Source: an uncultured Clostridia bacterium (GTDB taxonomy: Bacteria; Bacillota; Clostridia; Christensenellales; UBA1242). From it: DNA of 64,000 bases. The position numbers and the translations under genes are program-made. Below are positions 47,788 to 58,439 of this stretch, piece by piece. Positions within the stretch are counted from its first letter, which is position 1. The number at the start of each line of letters is the position of its first letter. The stretch lies in assembly GCA_944345365.1 (NCBI GenBank), contig CALVMJ010000003.1, forward strand, positions 30,800 to 94,799, in the 5' to 3' direction. The notes under the pieces were generated by a model. That model searched no databases, had not been told where the DNA came from, and was given only the letters and a program-made list of their open reading frames with translations.

Positions 47788-50595
47788 ATGGAAAATATTG
47801 TCATAAAAGGTGCAAAAGAAAACAATTTAAAAAACATCAACCTTACTATACCAAGAAACAAATTTGTTGTGTTAACGGGAGTGAGTGGAAGTGGCAAAAG
47901 TTCGCTTGCTTTTGGGACTATTTTTGCAGAGGGGCAAAGAAGATATATTGAGAGTTTATCTAGTTATGCAAGAATGTTTCTAGGTCAAACACAAAAACCT
48001 GATGTCGAGAGCATAGACGGGCTTTCTCCATCAATTTGTATTGATCAAAAAACAACTAACCATAATCCAAGGTCAACTGTTGGGACTGTTACTGAAATAT
48101 ATGACTATTTGCGTCTTTTATTTGCGCGAATAGGAACCCCATACTGTCCTCATTGCAACAAGCCCATAGAAAAACAACCAATTGACCAGATTGTCGAAAA
48201 AGTTTTAAATTATGGAGAAGGGTCAAAGGTTCAAATTTTAGCCCCGGTCGTAAGAGGAGAAAAGGGAACATGGGCAAAACTTTTGGAGAGTCTTAAAAAA
48301 GATGGTTATAGCAGAGTTATAGTAAATGGAAATAACTATACACTTGATGAAAAGATTACACTTAACAAAAACATAAAGCATTTTATAAGTGTAGTTATTG
48401 ACAGAATTGTCATTAAAGAAGGAATTACAAGTAGGTTAACGGAGAGCATTGAAACGGCAATTAACCTTGCAAATGGCTTGGTAGTTGCCTTGGTTGATGG
48501 GAGGGAGGAACTCTTTTCAACTAATTATTCTTGTCCAGAATGTGGCTATGTTTTGGAGGAAATTTCACCAAGATTGTTTTCTTTTAACTCACCTTTTGGG
48601 GCTTGTCCAAAATGTTTGGGAATTGGCTATACCGAAGAGGTTGATGTTGACTTGGTTTTGGCAAACAAAAAATTATCTGTAAGACAAGGAGGATTAGCAG
48701 TAAATGGTTGGAGGGGAGAAGATGGAACTTTTGCTCGTCAAATTTTTGAGGCAGTTGGAAAATCTCATAATATAGATTTAGATTGCCCTCTCGAAAATCT
48801 TCCAAAAAAAGATTTAGACATTTTGCTTTACGGAACCGGAGAAGAAAAATATACTATATATGCCAGCAATGGAAGGGGTTTTACAACAACTTTTGAGGGT
48901 ATAATTAACAACCTCAACAGAAGATATCATGAAACAAGCAGTGATTTTATAAAGCAAGACATAGCAAAGCTTATAAGAGAAACTCCTTGTGATTTATGTC
49001 ATGGCAAAAGGCTTAACAATAAAGCTCTTTCAGTAAAAATTGATGGTAAAAATATAATTGAACTAACAGATTACTCAGTTGACAAGTTACTAAACTATTT
49101 TGAGACTATAAAATTAAGCAAAACAAAAGCATTAATAGCCGAAAGTATTTTAAAGGAAATAAAGGCAAGACTTTCATTCTTAAACAATGTTGGTCTTAAT
49201 TATTTAACTCTTTCAAGATCTGCTGAAACTTTGAGTGGAGGAGAAGCTCAGAGAATAAGGCTTGCAACCCAAATTGGAAGTGGACTTGTTGGAGTTTTGT
49301 ATATTCTTGATGAGCCTAGTATTGGTCTTCATCAAAGGGATAACGACAGGTTGTTAAAAACACTTACAAACTTGCGTGATTTGGGAAATAGTGTTATTGT
49401 TGTTGAGCACGATGAGGACACTATTCGTAGTGCTGATTTTATTGTTGATGTTGGCCCTTATGCTGGTGTTCACGGAGGAGAAATTGTTGCGACCGGCAGT
49501 GTTGAAGACATAAAGAAATGCGAAAGGTCGGTAACAGGAAGATTTTTAAGTGGGAAAGAAAGGATTGAAATTCCGAAAATAAGAAGAGCTCCCAAAGATT
49601 ATGTTAGCATAATTGGTGCAAAGGAAAACAACCTAAAAAATATCGATGTAAAAATCCCAACAGGTGTTTTTACTGCTATTACGGGGGTAAGCGGAAGTGG
49701 TAAATCGAGCCTTATCAACAGGATTTTGTATCCTTACGCCTCAAACAAACTTAACAAAAGTAAGTTGCAAGAAGGAAAATTTTCAAAGATTGAAAACATT
49801 GAAGCTTTTGATAAGGTCATAAACATCGACCAGTCACCGATAGGAAGGACACCAAGAAGCAATCCTGCAACTTATACCGGAGTTTTTACTAATATTAGAG
49901 AACTCTTTGTGATGACTCCCAAGGCAAAAGAAAAAGGATACAGTGCTGGACGATTTAGTTTTAATGTCAAGGGTGGACGGTGTGATGCTTGTGAAGGAGC
50001 AGGAGTAAAGCAAATAGAAATGTATTTTTTGCCAGACATAGAAGTTGTCTGTGAAGTATGTAAAGGAGCAAGATACAACCACGAAACATTGGAAGTAAAA
50101 TATAAAGAAAAATCTATCGCAGATGTGTTAAACATGACTGTTGAAGAGGCAGTAAAATTTTTTGAAAACATTCCTTCTATTAACAATAAGTTAAAAAGTA
50201 TAGAAGAGGTTGGGCTTGGTTATATTAAACTCGGGCAATCAGCAACAGAGCTTAGTGGTGGAGAAGCACAAAGGGTCAAACTTGCAACAGAGCTCAGTAA
50301 AAAAAGCACCGGCAGAACTCTTTATATCCTAGACGAGCCAACAACTGGGCTGAGTATGTATGATGTGAAAAAATTGTTGTCAGTTCTTGATAAACTTGTC
50401 GAAAACGGAAATACTGTTGTTGTAATAGAACATAACTTAGATGTAATAAAGTCAGCTGATTACATTATCGATTTAGGCCCAGAAGGAGGAAGTGGCGGAG
50501 GGAAGGTTATCGCGACAGGAACTCCCGAAGAAATTTCAAAAAAAGAAATCAGTTTCACAGGCCGATATTTAAAAGATTATTTAAAACAAAATTAA
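47788..50595 (+). CDS. uvrA: Excinuclease ABC subunit A
   Basis: Two ABC modules (GVSGSGKSSLAF and GVSGSGKSSLIN; LSGGEAQR twice) and zinc-finger Cys clusters. Starts 2 nt after the uvrB stop. Confidence 0.97.
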   Translation: MENIVIKGAKENNLKNINLTIPRNKFVVLTGVSGSGKSSLAFGTIFAEGQRRYIESLSSYARMFLGQTQKPDVESIDGLSPSICIDQKTTNHNPRSTVGTVTEIYDYLRLLFARIGTPYCPHCNKPIEKQPIDQIVEKVLNYGEGSKVQILAPVVRGEKGTWAKLLESLKKDGYSRVIVNGNNYTLDEKITLNKNIKHFISVVIDRIVIKEGITSRLTESIETAINLANGLVVALVDGREELFSTNYSCPECGYVLEEISPRLFSFNSPFGACPKCLGIGYTEEVDVDLVLANKKLSVRQGGLAVNGWRGEDGTFARQIFEAVGKSHNIDLDCPLENLPKKDLDILLYGTGEEKYTIYASNGRGFTTTFEGIINNLNRRYHETSSDFIKQDIAKLIRETPCDLCHGKRLNNKALSVKIDGKNIIELTDYSVDKLLNYFETIKLSKTKALIAESILKEIKARLSFLNNVGLNYLTLSRSAETLSGGEAQRIRLATQIGSGLVGVLYILDEPSIGLHQRDNDRLLKTLTNLRDLGNSVIVVEHDEDTIRSADFIVDVGPYAGVHGGEIVATGSVEDIKKCERSVTGRFLSGKERIEIPKIRRAPKDYVSIIGAKENNLKNIDVKIPTGVFTAITGVSGSGKSSLINRILYPYASNKLNKSKLQEGKFSKIENIEAFDKVINIDQSPIGRTPRSNPATYTGVFTNIRELFVMTPKAKEKGYSAGRFSFNVKGGRCDACEGAGVKQIEMYFLPDIEVVCEVCKGARYNHETLEVKYKEKSIADVLNMTVEEAVKFFENIPSINNKLKSIEEVGLGYIKLGQSATELSGGEAQRVKLATELSKKSTGRTLYILDEPTTGLSMYDVKKLLSVLDKLVENGNTVVVIEHNLDVIKSADYIIDLGPEGGSGGGKVIATGTPEEISKKEISFTGRYLKDYLKQN

Positions 50596-50599
50596 GATT

Positions 50600-50636
50600 T
50601 AAAAAAAACTCTATCTTATCAGATAGAGTTTTTTTG
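50600..50636. terminator. Bidirectional terminator between convergent uvrA and uvrC
   Basis: A7 - AACTCTATCT TATC AGATAGAGTT - T6. Confidence 0.8.
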
Positions 50637-52442
50637 TTAGGTTTTATGAAATTTATTAAAAATTTGATTTGCTAGTTTTAAATCTATTCCTTTTACGCTT
50701 GAAAGCTCCTCGATGCTAGCAGATTTTATTTTTTCTATATCATTAAAAGCAATAAAAAGAGCTTCTTTTTTCTTTTCTCCAAGTCCTTTTAAATCGTCAA
50801 GAGGAGATGCAAACATCTTTTTGTTTCTTATTTGTCGATGGAATGTTATGGCGAATCTGTGAGCCTCATCTCTTATTCTTTGTAGCAGTTTTAAAGGGGC
50901 AGAAGAATGGTCTAGTCTTACTGAGTTTGCCTTATTTGGCAAGAAAACTTCCTCCAATTTTTTTGCAAGACTTATTATTTCTATGTCGTCAAAATTAAAA
51001 CTATCAAGGACTTCTTTGCATGCACTAAGCTGTCCTTTTCCTCCGTCAATGATTAACAAGTTCGGCCTTTCCTTAAAGGACTCTCCGTCTTTATTTTTCA
51101 GTCTTGTCAGCCTTCTTGTTAAGGCTTCTTGTAAACTTGCAAAATCATTTGAGCCTTGCACGGATTTTATCTTAAACTTTCTGTAAGATTTCTTTTGTGG
51201 TTCGCCATCATAAAAAACAACCATTGAGGCGACCTTGTTTGTTCCAGAAATATTTGAAATGTCGTAACATTCAATTCTTCTTGGCAAGTTCTTTAAGCCC
51301 AACTTTTCTTGCAAGGTTTTTATCGCGCCAAGCGTATTGTCATATTTTTGCTTGTCTTTTGATATGTTTTTTTCAATATGCTCGTTTGCATTTTCTTTTG
51401 CCATATTAAGAAGATTTAAATTAACACCCTTTGGGTTTGAAATATATTTTATTTTTTTCCCTAGGAAGGAGTTTAATGTTTCTGTGTTTAAAATAGGAAT
51501 GTTTGTTATAATTTCATCTGGCAGAATTGCATTTTCGTAGTAAGAGATGATAAAGCTTTCAATAATTTCACTTTTAAGAATGTTTGCGTCCATAATTGAA
51601 AATGTTTGAACTCCCAAAATCCTTCCATTCCGAACAGTTATAATCGCAATTGCGCTTGTAATGTCGTTGGACATATAGCAAACAGCGTCTTTATTGACAG
51701 TTTTTGGCAAATTTGCAATGCTGTGATTGTTTAACCTATTTATCATATTGTAGGTTTCCCTTACTTCAATAGCTTTTTCGAAGTTCTGATTATTTGCAAG
51801 AGTTGCCATTTTTTCCTCTAAGCTTTTAATAACATCTTCGTAATTGCCCTTTAAGAACTCGATTGCCTTATTTATCTGGATTTTATAATCTCCTTCTGAA
51901 ATTTTCCTTGTGCAAGGGGCGGGACAAAGACCTATTGAAAAGTTAACACATTCCCTTTTTAAAGGTTTTTCGAGTGAATTTTTACAATTTCTGAGTTTAA
52001 AGTGATTGTTTAGAAATTCCACTATTTTGCTTGCTTTTACTCCTGCCAGGAAAGGGCCAAAGTATTTACAGCCATCATTTAACACCTTTCGAGTTACGGA
52101 AAATAGTGGATACTTTTTTTTCAAATCAATTTTTATATAAGGAAAAGTTTTGCTGTCTTTTAATAGTATGTTATAAAAGGGCTGATGTTTTTTTATTAAG
52201 TTGTTTTCTAGTGCAAATGCATCTAGTTCGTTTGGAGTGATGATATATTCAAACCATTCAATTTTCTCAACCAAGGCCTCTACTTTTCTTGTTTTTTTTG
52301 TATTGTTAAAATATGAAGAAACTCGGCTCTTTAAATCCTTGGCTTTACCGACATAAATGACAGTGCCGTCTGCTGAATGCATAATGTAAACGCCACTTTT
52401 TTTAGGCAATTCTTTAAGTTTTTGATTGATTATTGAATTCAT
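50637..52442 (-). CDS. uvrC: Excinuclease ABC subunit C
   Basis: N-terminal GIY-YIG domain (GVYIMHSADGTVIYVGKAKDLKSRV), a UVR domain, an endonuclease-V-like domain and a C-terminal (HhH)2. Confidence 0.95.
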   Translation of the reverse strand: MNSIINQKLKELPKKSGVYIMHSADGTVIYVGKAKDLKSRVSSYFNNTKKTRKVEALVEKIEWFEYIITPNELDAFALENNLIKKHQPFYNILLKDSKTFPYIKIDLKKKYPLFSVTRKVLNDGCKYFGPFLAGVKASKIVEFLNNHFKLRNCKNSLEKPLKRECVNFSIGLCPAPCTRKISEGDYKIQINKAIEFLKGNYEDVIKSLEEKMATLANNQNFEKAIEVRETYNMINRLNNHSIANLPKTVNKDAVCYMSNDITSAIAIITVRNGRILGVQTFSIMDANILKSEIIESFIISYYENAILPDEIITNIPILNTETLNSFLGKKIKYISNPKGVNLNLLNMAKENANEHIEKNISKDKQKYDNTLGAIKTLQEKLGLKNLPRRIECYDISNISGTNKVASMVVFYDGEPQKKSYRKFKIKSVQGSNDFASLQEALTRRLTRLKNKDGESFKERPNLLIIDGGKGQLSACKEVLDSFNFDDIEIISLAKKLEEVFLPNKANSVRLDHSSAPLKLLQRIRDEAHRFAITFHRQIRNKKMFASPLDDLKGLGEKKKEALFIAFNDIEKIKSASIEELSSVKGIDLKLANQIFNKFHKT

Positions 52443-52638
52443 TTGATGTAACCTTAATAATTATATTAATATTATACCACTATAATCCTTCTTTAACAAG
52501 CATAAAATAAATTTATTTTCTTGCAAATATTTTATAAAAAAATGAGGAATATGCCTTGATTTGTTTGTAAAAAAATTAAATTGTGATATAATACCAAAGT
52601 CGCGTCATATTTTGACAAAATTCTAATAAGAGGTAATT

Positions 52639-53292
52639 ATGAGTACAGAAGAACTTGTTCAAGGCGGTATTATTGTTGATGGAAATATAAGTGACGAAGA
52701 GTTTGCACTTATACTCCTTAAATATAACAAAATTTACAACGATCAAGATAAAGAAATTTTTAATAATCTTGCGCAAAAGGTGGTTGATAAATTCGAGGAA
52801 TTTGACATCAATAATCTTGATGAAAGCAGAGATAAAGAGTTTGTTAAATACAGCCTTGCAGTTTGTGATAAGGATATTCAAAAAACTTACCTAAAAGGAA
52901 AAAATAATATTGACAGAATACTTGCGATTCACAAAATGGTTGTTTTAAAAAAAGCAGAGGATTTTTCTGGTAAAGAAAACATAAGAACAGCAAGAAGTGT
53001 TGCAGATGGGGCAGACAGTTTGAGAATAAGGCAACAAAAGTATATTGAAAGCAAGGATCAATATCAATATTTATTTTCTTGTATTAAAAACGAAGATGTC
53101 TTTAATGTCTTTTTTCAAAGATTGCAGGGAAGGCTTTCAAAAGATATGGCAAAAAATATGTTGCTATCTAAATTCTCGGATATTAGGGAAAAATTCAGAA
53201 TTGGGCAGGACAAATATCTTGAATTTTTTATCAAACATCAAGTTATAGAGGACGCAAGGATTAATTATAGTAAGGTTGGAGATATAGTCTAG
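52639..53292 (+). CDS. Hypothetical protein (217 aa), predicted soluble and helical
   Basis: RBS AAGAGG. An extended -10 promoter (TGaTATAAT) lies upstream and a terminator downstream. No family was recognised. Confidence 0.6.
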   Translation: MSTEELVQGGIIVDGNISDEEFALILLKYNKIYNDQDKEIFNNLAQKVVDKFEEFDINNLDESRDKEFVKYSLAVCDKDIQKTYLKGKNNIDRILAIHKMVVLKKAEDFSGKENIRTARSVADGADSLRIRQQKYIESKDQYQYLFSCIKNEDVFNVFFQRLQGRLSKDMAKNMLLSKFSDIREKFRIGQDKYLEFFIKHQVIEDARINYSKVGDIV

Positions 53293-53314
53293 TTAACTAT
53301 TAATAGTAAATCCC

Positions 53315-53343
53315 GAAGATTTAGCTTAAATCTTCTTTTTTTT
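53315..53343 (+). terminator. Rho-independent terminator
   Basis: GAAGATTTA GCT TAAATCTTC followed by T8. Confidence 0.75.
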
Positions 53344-53354
53344 GGGGAAAATGC

Positions 53355-53383
53355 TTGACAAAATACAGGTATATATGTAAAAT
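53355..53383 (+). promoter_or_regulatory. Sigma-70-type promoter of rplM-rpsI
   Basis: TTGACA (53355-53360), a 17-nt spacer, then TAAAAT (53378-53383). Confidence 0.6.
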
Positions 53384-53465
53384 ATAATAGTCTTAATAAG
53401 GTTTTTGTTTGTATTAGCCCCATAAACAATAATTGATACGGACATTAAATTTATCGGAGGAAAAA

Positions 53466-53909
53466 ATGAAAACATTTATGGCTAAGCCAGAAACAGTTGA
53501 AAGAAAATGGTATTTAATTGATGCAACTAACCTTCCACTTGGAAGACTTGCTACTGAGGTTGCTGACATATTAACAGGAAAAAATAAAACTATCTACACA
53601 CCACATGTTGACACAGGAGATTTTGTTGTAGTTATCAACAGTGATAAAATCGTGTTAACAGGAAAGAAGTTAGAGCAAAAGAAGTTGAGATGGCACACTG
53701 GTTATGTAGGAGGTCTTAAAGAGGTGGGATATAACACTCTTATGAAAAAAGACTCTCCAAAAGCTTTAACAAAAGCAGTTAAAGGAATGCTTCCTAAAAA
53801 TGTTCTTGGCAGAAAACAAATCACAAGATTAAAGATTTATAAAGGAGCAGAGCACAACCAAGAAGCTCAACAACCACAATTAATAACAGTTAAAGGAGCA
53901 AGAAACTAA
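53466..53909 (+). CDS. rplM: 50S ribosomal protein L13
   Basis: [29 protein letters not shown].. is canonical L13. RBS GGAGG. The upstream in-frame extension from 33 nt earlier was rejected. Confidence 0.95.
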   Translation: MKTFMAKPETVERKWYLIDATNLPLGRLATEVADILTGKNKTIYTPHVDTGDFVVVINSDKIVLTGKKLEQKKLRWHTGYVGGLKEVGYNTLMKKDSPKALTKAVKGMLPKNVLGRKQITRLKIYKGAEHNQEAQQPQLITVKGARN

Positions 53910-54328
53910 TGGCAGAAGAAAAGAAAGTTTCAAGAGTTAAGTCAAACGCTATTATTGCAACAGGAAGGAGAAAGAGCTCAGTTGCAAGAGTTAGAATGGT
54001 TCCTGGAAAAGGAAATATTACTGTAAATAAAAGAGAAATAAGGGAATATCTTCAAAGTGATATTTTGTTGCTAGTTGCTCGCAGACCACTTGAACTTGTG
54101 GGAGCAGGGGATAAATACGACATCACTGTTAATGTTGTAGGTGGTGGTGTTGCCGGACAAGCAGGAGCAATTTGTCACGGAATTGCAAGAGCATTGGTTC
54201 TTGCTAATGAAACATATAAGAAAGAACTTAAAAGCGAAGGACTTCTTACAAGAGATCCAAGAATGAAAGAAAGAAAGAAATACGGACTTAAAAAGGCTCG
54301 TAAAGCTCCACAATTCAGTAAGAGATAA
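53909..54328 (+). CDS. rpsI: 30S ribosomal protein S9
   Basis: ..[12 protein letters not shown].. and the C-terminal [18 protein letters not shown]. The ATG overlaps the rplM stop (TAATG). Confidence 0.95.
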   Translation: MAEEKKVSRVKSNAIIATGRRKSSVARVRMVPGKGNITVNKREIREYLQSDILLLVARRPLELVGAGDKYDITVNVVGGGVAGQAGAICHGIARALVLANETYKKELKSEGLLTRDPRMKERKKYGLKKARKAPQFSKR

Positions 54329-54332
54329 ATTA

Positions 54333-54362
54333 AAAATCCTGATTATTTCAGGATTTTTTATT
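54333..54362 (+). terminator. Rho-independent terminator after rpsI
   Basis: ATCCTGA TTATT TCAGGAT followed by a T-run. Confidence 0.75.
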
Positions 54363-54455
54363 TTTCAATATTTTTATTTACATTTGCTTAGCGAATTAAT
54401 TTATTATGTGTTATAATTTAAGCATATTTATATTATAATTAGTTAGGAGGATTTT

Positions 54456-55370
54456 ATGTTTGATGTGCTAATAGTTGGTGCAGGTCCAGCGGGAATTACT
54501 GCGGGGATCTATGCAAAAAGGGCAAATAAAAAAGTCGCAATCATAGAAAAGTTAGTTCCAGGAGGACAGGTTTCTTTGATAGGTGAAATTGAGAATTATC
54601 CAGGTTTTAGCAATATAAATGGATATGATTTATCAATGAACTTTTTTAAACAAGCAACTGACCTTCAAATAGAATTTATTTTTGACGAAGCAGTTTCATT
54701 TGACTTGAAATCTGATGTAAAGAAAATAGTTTGTAAAAATGGCGAGTATGAAGCAAAAGCAGTTATATTGGCGCTTGGTTCTGCTTCAAAAGAACTTAAT
54801 GTTACCGGCGAAAAAAAGTTTTTTGGAAAAGGTGTGAGTTATTGCGCTATGTGTGATGGAAATTTTTTTAAGGGGAAAAATGTTGCTGTTGTTGGTTCGG
54901 GGGATTCAAGTGCATCAAACGCTTTATACCTAGCAGATATTTGTGATAATGTCCATATCTTTGCAAAGGGCGACCTAAAACTTACGGCTTACACAGAGCA
55001 GGAAATTCTAGACAAAGGGAATGTTAAAATTCATAAAAATTCAGAAGTTAAGGAAATTTTTGGGGAAGAAAAATTGTCGGGATTAAATTATCTTGAAAAT
55101 GGTAAAGAGGGAAGTTGCGATGTAGATGGAATCTTTGTTGCAATAGGCAGAAAGCCTGACACAAAAATGCTTGAAGGGCAAGTGGATATTGATAAAAAAG
55201 GATATATTATTGTAAACGACAAAATGGAGACAAACTTAAAGGGCGTTTATGCTTGTGGAGATGTAACAACTCAAAATTTAAAGCAAATTGTCGTTGCAGC
55301 TTCAAGTGGTGCAATAGCAAGCACTGAGGCATTAAAATATATATTAAAAAACACACTTGTTAACCGCTGA
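54456..55370 (+). CDS. trxB: Thioredoxin-disulfide reductase
   Basis: GAGPAG FAD motif, redox-active CAMCDG and a second dinucleotide motif VVGSGDSS. RBS AGGAGG. Confidence 0.9.
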   Translation: MFDVLIVGAGPAGITAGIYAKRANKKVAIIEKLVPGGQVSLIGEIENYPGFSNINGYDLSMNFFKQATDLQIEFIFDEAVSFDLKSDVKKIVCKNGEYEAKAVILALGSASKELNVTGEKKFFGKGVSYCAMCDGNFFKGKNVAVVGSGDSSASNALYLADICDNVHIFAKGDLKLTAYTEQEILDKGNVKIHKNSEVKEIFGEEKLSGLNYLENGKEGSCDVDGIFVAIGRKPDTKMLEGQVDIDKKGYIIVNDKMETNLKGVYACGDVTTQNLKQIVVAASSGAIASTEALKYILKNTLVNR

Positions 55371-55400
55371 GGTTAAAAGTGTGCTTTTTATTGATCTTAG

Positions 55401-56306
55401 TTATAATAATATTAATTCTTTTTCAGCTTTTTGTCTTATTAACTGGCTTGGGAGAGAAGGATTCTCTTCCACATAATCTTTTCTGAAAAAAGAGCGAAAG
55501 TCATTTATTATATTTGACTCATAATTAACATTTAAAAAATTCGTGATATGCTTGTTAATTTCATTTTTTTGCAGTGGTTTGCGAGAGTTGGTTGTATCCT
55601 TAGATGAAGAAAGTTCATAGGCATCGTAGCTGTATGGAAGCGATGGGTATAAAATAGATTGAAGCTCGCTGTAAATATGTTGGTGAGGGCCTAATATGTA
55701 AATTGGAGATGAAAGAACAGTTTTATCCTTCATTCTGTTTAGATGGGGCATGTTAGCAGTTGCATTGTTGTCAAATCTGTAATAGTTGAAAGGAATTTTT
55801 CCGTTGATTAATAGGTAACAACTTATGCTTACATCAAAAGGCTCAGTTTCATAAATTCTGGACAAATCTCGTCCTAATAAAGTAAAATCAGTGTAATTAT
55901 ATTTTAAACTTGAAGAAATTACATTTATGTAGGGTTTGTCATCGATAATTGAAATGCAATATCTGTCTATATCAAGCCCGATTTTTCTGTTTATCTTTGA
56001 TAAGTGGCTGTTTATGTTATAAAAGTAAAGCTTTGAAAAAAAGACATTTTTTTTGCAATGTAGAAATTTATAAACTAAGTCATCTCTAAATATCATTGTT
56101 GTCTTGCAGTGTCGACACTCCCTTACAACGGGTAGGGAGTCGATATCAATCTTTTCAGTTATACTTAAATCACACTCAGGTGAAACGCCATAAACACTTT
56201 GCATTTTTTCTATGCAGGATTTTTTACATTTCTTTAATTCTGATAAGCGGTTTTTTGCTACTTGTTGTTTCTCTTCAAATTTTTTTAAGAATTCTGGACT
56301 TTGCAT
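55401..56306 (-). CDS. Hypothetical protein (301 aa) translationally coupled to ung
   Basis: AGGAG RBS overlapping the ung stop codon. Contains C-x-x-C ... H-C (VRECRHCKTTMIFRDDLVYKFLHCKK). No family was recognised. Confidence 0.6.
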   Translation of the reverse strand: MQSPEFLKKFEEKQQVAKNRLSELKKCKKSCIEKMQSVYGVSPECDLSITEKIDIDSLPVVRECRHCKTTMIFRDDLVYKFLHCKKNVFFSKLYFYNINSHLSKINRKIGLDIDRYCISIIDDKPYINVISSSLKYNYTDFTLLGRDLSRIYETEPFDVSISCYLLINGKIPFNYYRFDNNATANMPHLNRMKDKTVLSSPIYILGPHQHIYSELQSILYPSLPYSYDAYELSSSKDTTNSRKPLQKNEINKHITNFLNVNYESNIINDFRSFFRKDYVEENPSLPSQLIRQKAEKELILL

Positions 56307-56314
56307 ACTTTCTC

Positions 56315-56971
56315 CTAGTGCCAGTCTATTGGCGTAATGTTGTTTTTGGCTAAAAAATCATTACACTTTGAAAAATGTTTACACCCAAAAAATCCCCTGT
56401 ATGCCGAAAGAGGGCTTGGGTGAGGCGCTTTTAGGACCAAGTGCCAGGAGGGGATTTTGCTTGCAAAAGCTTGCGCATTTGCTCCCCAAAGTAAGAACAC
56501 AATTGGCTTTTGCCTTTTTGAAAGCAGGTCAATGATTTTTCCCGTAATTTTTTCCCAACCCTTTCCTTGATGCGAATTTGCTTCTCCTTTTCTAACAGTG
56601 AGAGTTGTGTTAAGAAGTAGCACACCTTGCCTTGCCCATCTCGTTAAGTCGCCACTACTGTTGCATTTTATTTTTAAGTCGTCTTCAATTTCTTTGTAAA
56701 TATTGACCAAAGAAGGGGGGATTGGAGTTTTGTCTAAAACAGAAAAACATAAGCCATGTGCTTGATTTGGTTCGTGATAGGGATCTTGACCAATTATGAC
56801 AACCTTTACATCATCAAAAGCAACGGCATTGAGAGCCGAAAAAACATTGTCATCATCAGGATAAATCTTATATTTTTCTCTTTCGCCGGCAAGAAAAATT
56901 TGTAGATTCTTAAAAGAATCTTTTTCAAAATCGTCTTTTAATAATTCATACCAACTCTTTCTTATTTTCAT
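56315..56971 (-). CDS. ung: Uracil-DNA glycosylase (family 1)
   Basis: VVIIGQDPYH, GVLLLNTTLTV and the C-terminal HPSPLSA motifs. Confidence 0.95.
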   Translation of the reverse strand: MKIRKSWYELLKDDFEKDSFKNLQIFLAGEREKYKIYPDDDNVFSALNAVAFDDVKVVIIGQDPYHEPNQAHGLCFSVLDKTPIPPSLVNIYKEIEDDLKIKCNSSGDLTRWARQGVLLLNTTLTVRKGEANSHQGKGWEKITGKIIDLLSKRQKPIVFLLWGANAQAFASKIPSWHLVLKAPHPSPLSAYRGFFGCKHFSKCNDFLAKNNITPIDWH

Positions 56972-57025
56972 TTTTCCTCTTTTAGCGTTTAGTTTTTTGT
57001 AAGCAACATTTTTTGCTTGCGATTT

Positions 57026-58330
57026 TTAATCAAACAGCTCTTTCTTAAATCCTTCGATAGAAGGTAATTCTTCAATCTTTAGATTTCCCAAAACAGTTAC
57101 ATAAAGTTTGCTCTTCTTAGAAAATACTTCTTTTGCGACTTCACTAAAACTTTGTGAAGAAACATTCTTTAACAGTTTTTTTAGTTTTTTGCTAGTTACT
57201 CCATTATTTATATCGCCTTTAAAAATATAATCCTTCAAGATTTGCATATTTCTGTTATGAAGTGTCGGAGATTGCTGTTCATCACGATTATATATAAAGT
57301 TGTTTTTTACGGTTTCGATTATGCTATCTAAAAATTCTGGTTTTTTGATATTGACGAAAGTCTCGTTTAAAGTTTTTAAGATTTCATTCAATTTTGATTT
57401 TGTGCTAGTGATATGTATCGAAAAGTTTGAATCCTTTTTCCCTAAACTTAGGAATCGATCCATCGTGTAAATCAAACCTTTGTTCCTAAGGTCGTTAAAT
57501 AATGTATTATAAATAACTGGGCCTATAGAATAATAATTATAGTTATATTTCAAATCCTTTTGGGTTTTGTTTATTTTAAAGGTAAAAATAATATCCATTT
57601 TATCTTTTTCATTGTAATATAGGTTCATATTCTCTTTTTTGTTTATGAAATATGTAGAAGTTTTTTGAACATAATTTGGGTCAAAAGAGAGGTTTTTTAC
57701 AAAATAATTTTGTATTAATTTTTTTATTTTTCTAAGAGGCAAAGATGTGGAAACAATGCTGATAAAATTATTTAAATTGTAATGTTTTTCCTTAAAGGAA
57801 TAAAGATCTTTCGGTGTTATTTTATCTATATCTTCTTCTTCTCCTAAGCGTTGAACATAGGAAATTGAGTAAAGTGAATTTTTATGTCCAAGAGTTTCAT
57901 CTAAGTGAGGTAATATATTGTTAGAGTAGTTAAATTTCCATCTTCGCAGTTCTTCTTTAATCACACCTTTTTCTGATTCAACCTGTTGCTCAGTGAAGTT
58001 TGGATTAAAAATTTGGTCACTTAAAAGTTCGGTTGCCTTTTCAAGTAGTTTGTTTGTTCTTGAAAACACATAGCAGGTATATAGATGGTTTGTGAGGGCA
58101 TTCATATTTGGAGCATATTCGTTCCTTTCTTTTTCAAGTGTTTCCATATCACGATTTTTTGTTTGTTTAAAAAGCATATGCTCTAGGAAGTGTGCTAGTC
58201 CGTGTTTTTTTCCGTTATGATAATGTCCGACCTTAAAGCCAACACACATCGCTGTGTATTTTTTTCCTTTAACGTGATTATATATTAATTCACCACCATT
58301 TTTAAATTTAATAATTTTTTTCTTTTTCAT
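57026..58330 (-). CDS. M16-family (pitrilysin-like) zinc peptidase
   Basis: Inverted zinc motif HFLEH (GLAHFLEHMLF) near the N-terminus. Start set at the ATG whose complement is at 58328-58330, with RBS AGGAGG. The longer ORF-track version runs antisense into eno. Confidence 0.8.
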   Translation of the reverse strand: MKKKKIIKFKNGGELIYNHVKGKKYTAMCVGFKVGHYHNGKKHGLAHFLEHMLFKQTKNRDMETLEKERNEYAPNMNALTNHLYTCYVFSRTNKLLEKATELLSDQIFNPNFTEQQVESEKGVIKEELRRWKFNYSNNILPHLDETLGHKNSLYSISYVQRLGEEEDIDKITPKDLYSFKEKHYNLNNFISIVSTSLPLRKIKKLIQNYFVKNLSFDPNYVQKTSTYFINKKENMNLYYNEKDKMDIIFTFKINKTQKDLKYNYNYYSIGPVIYNTLFNDLRNKGLIYTMDRFLSLGKKDSNFSIHITSTKSKLNEILKTLNETFVNIKKPEFLDSIIETVKNNFIYNRDEQQSPTLHNRNMQILKDYIFKGDINNGVTSKKLKKLLKNVSSQSFSEVAKEVFSKKSKLYVTVLGNLKIEELPSIEGFKKELFD

Positions 58331-58439
58331 CTTTCCTCCTAATTGATAATAACATAATTCGACATTAAATTCAACACTTGCTTTTAAATATTTGTTAAAA
58401 ATTTTCCTTTTTGGTATAATCAGTATTAGTGAGGTGATT

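Noticed and set aside
53384-53465. Conserved ribosomal-protein leader RNA upstream of rplM
   Set aside because: I could not identify a convincing conserved stem-loop by eye in the ~80-nt leader. A covariance-model search would be needed.
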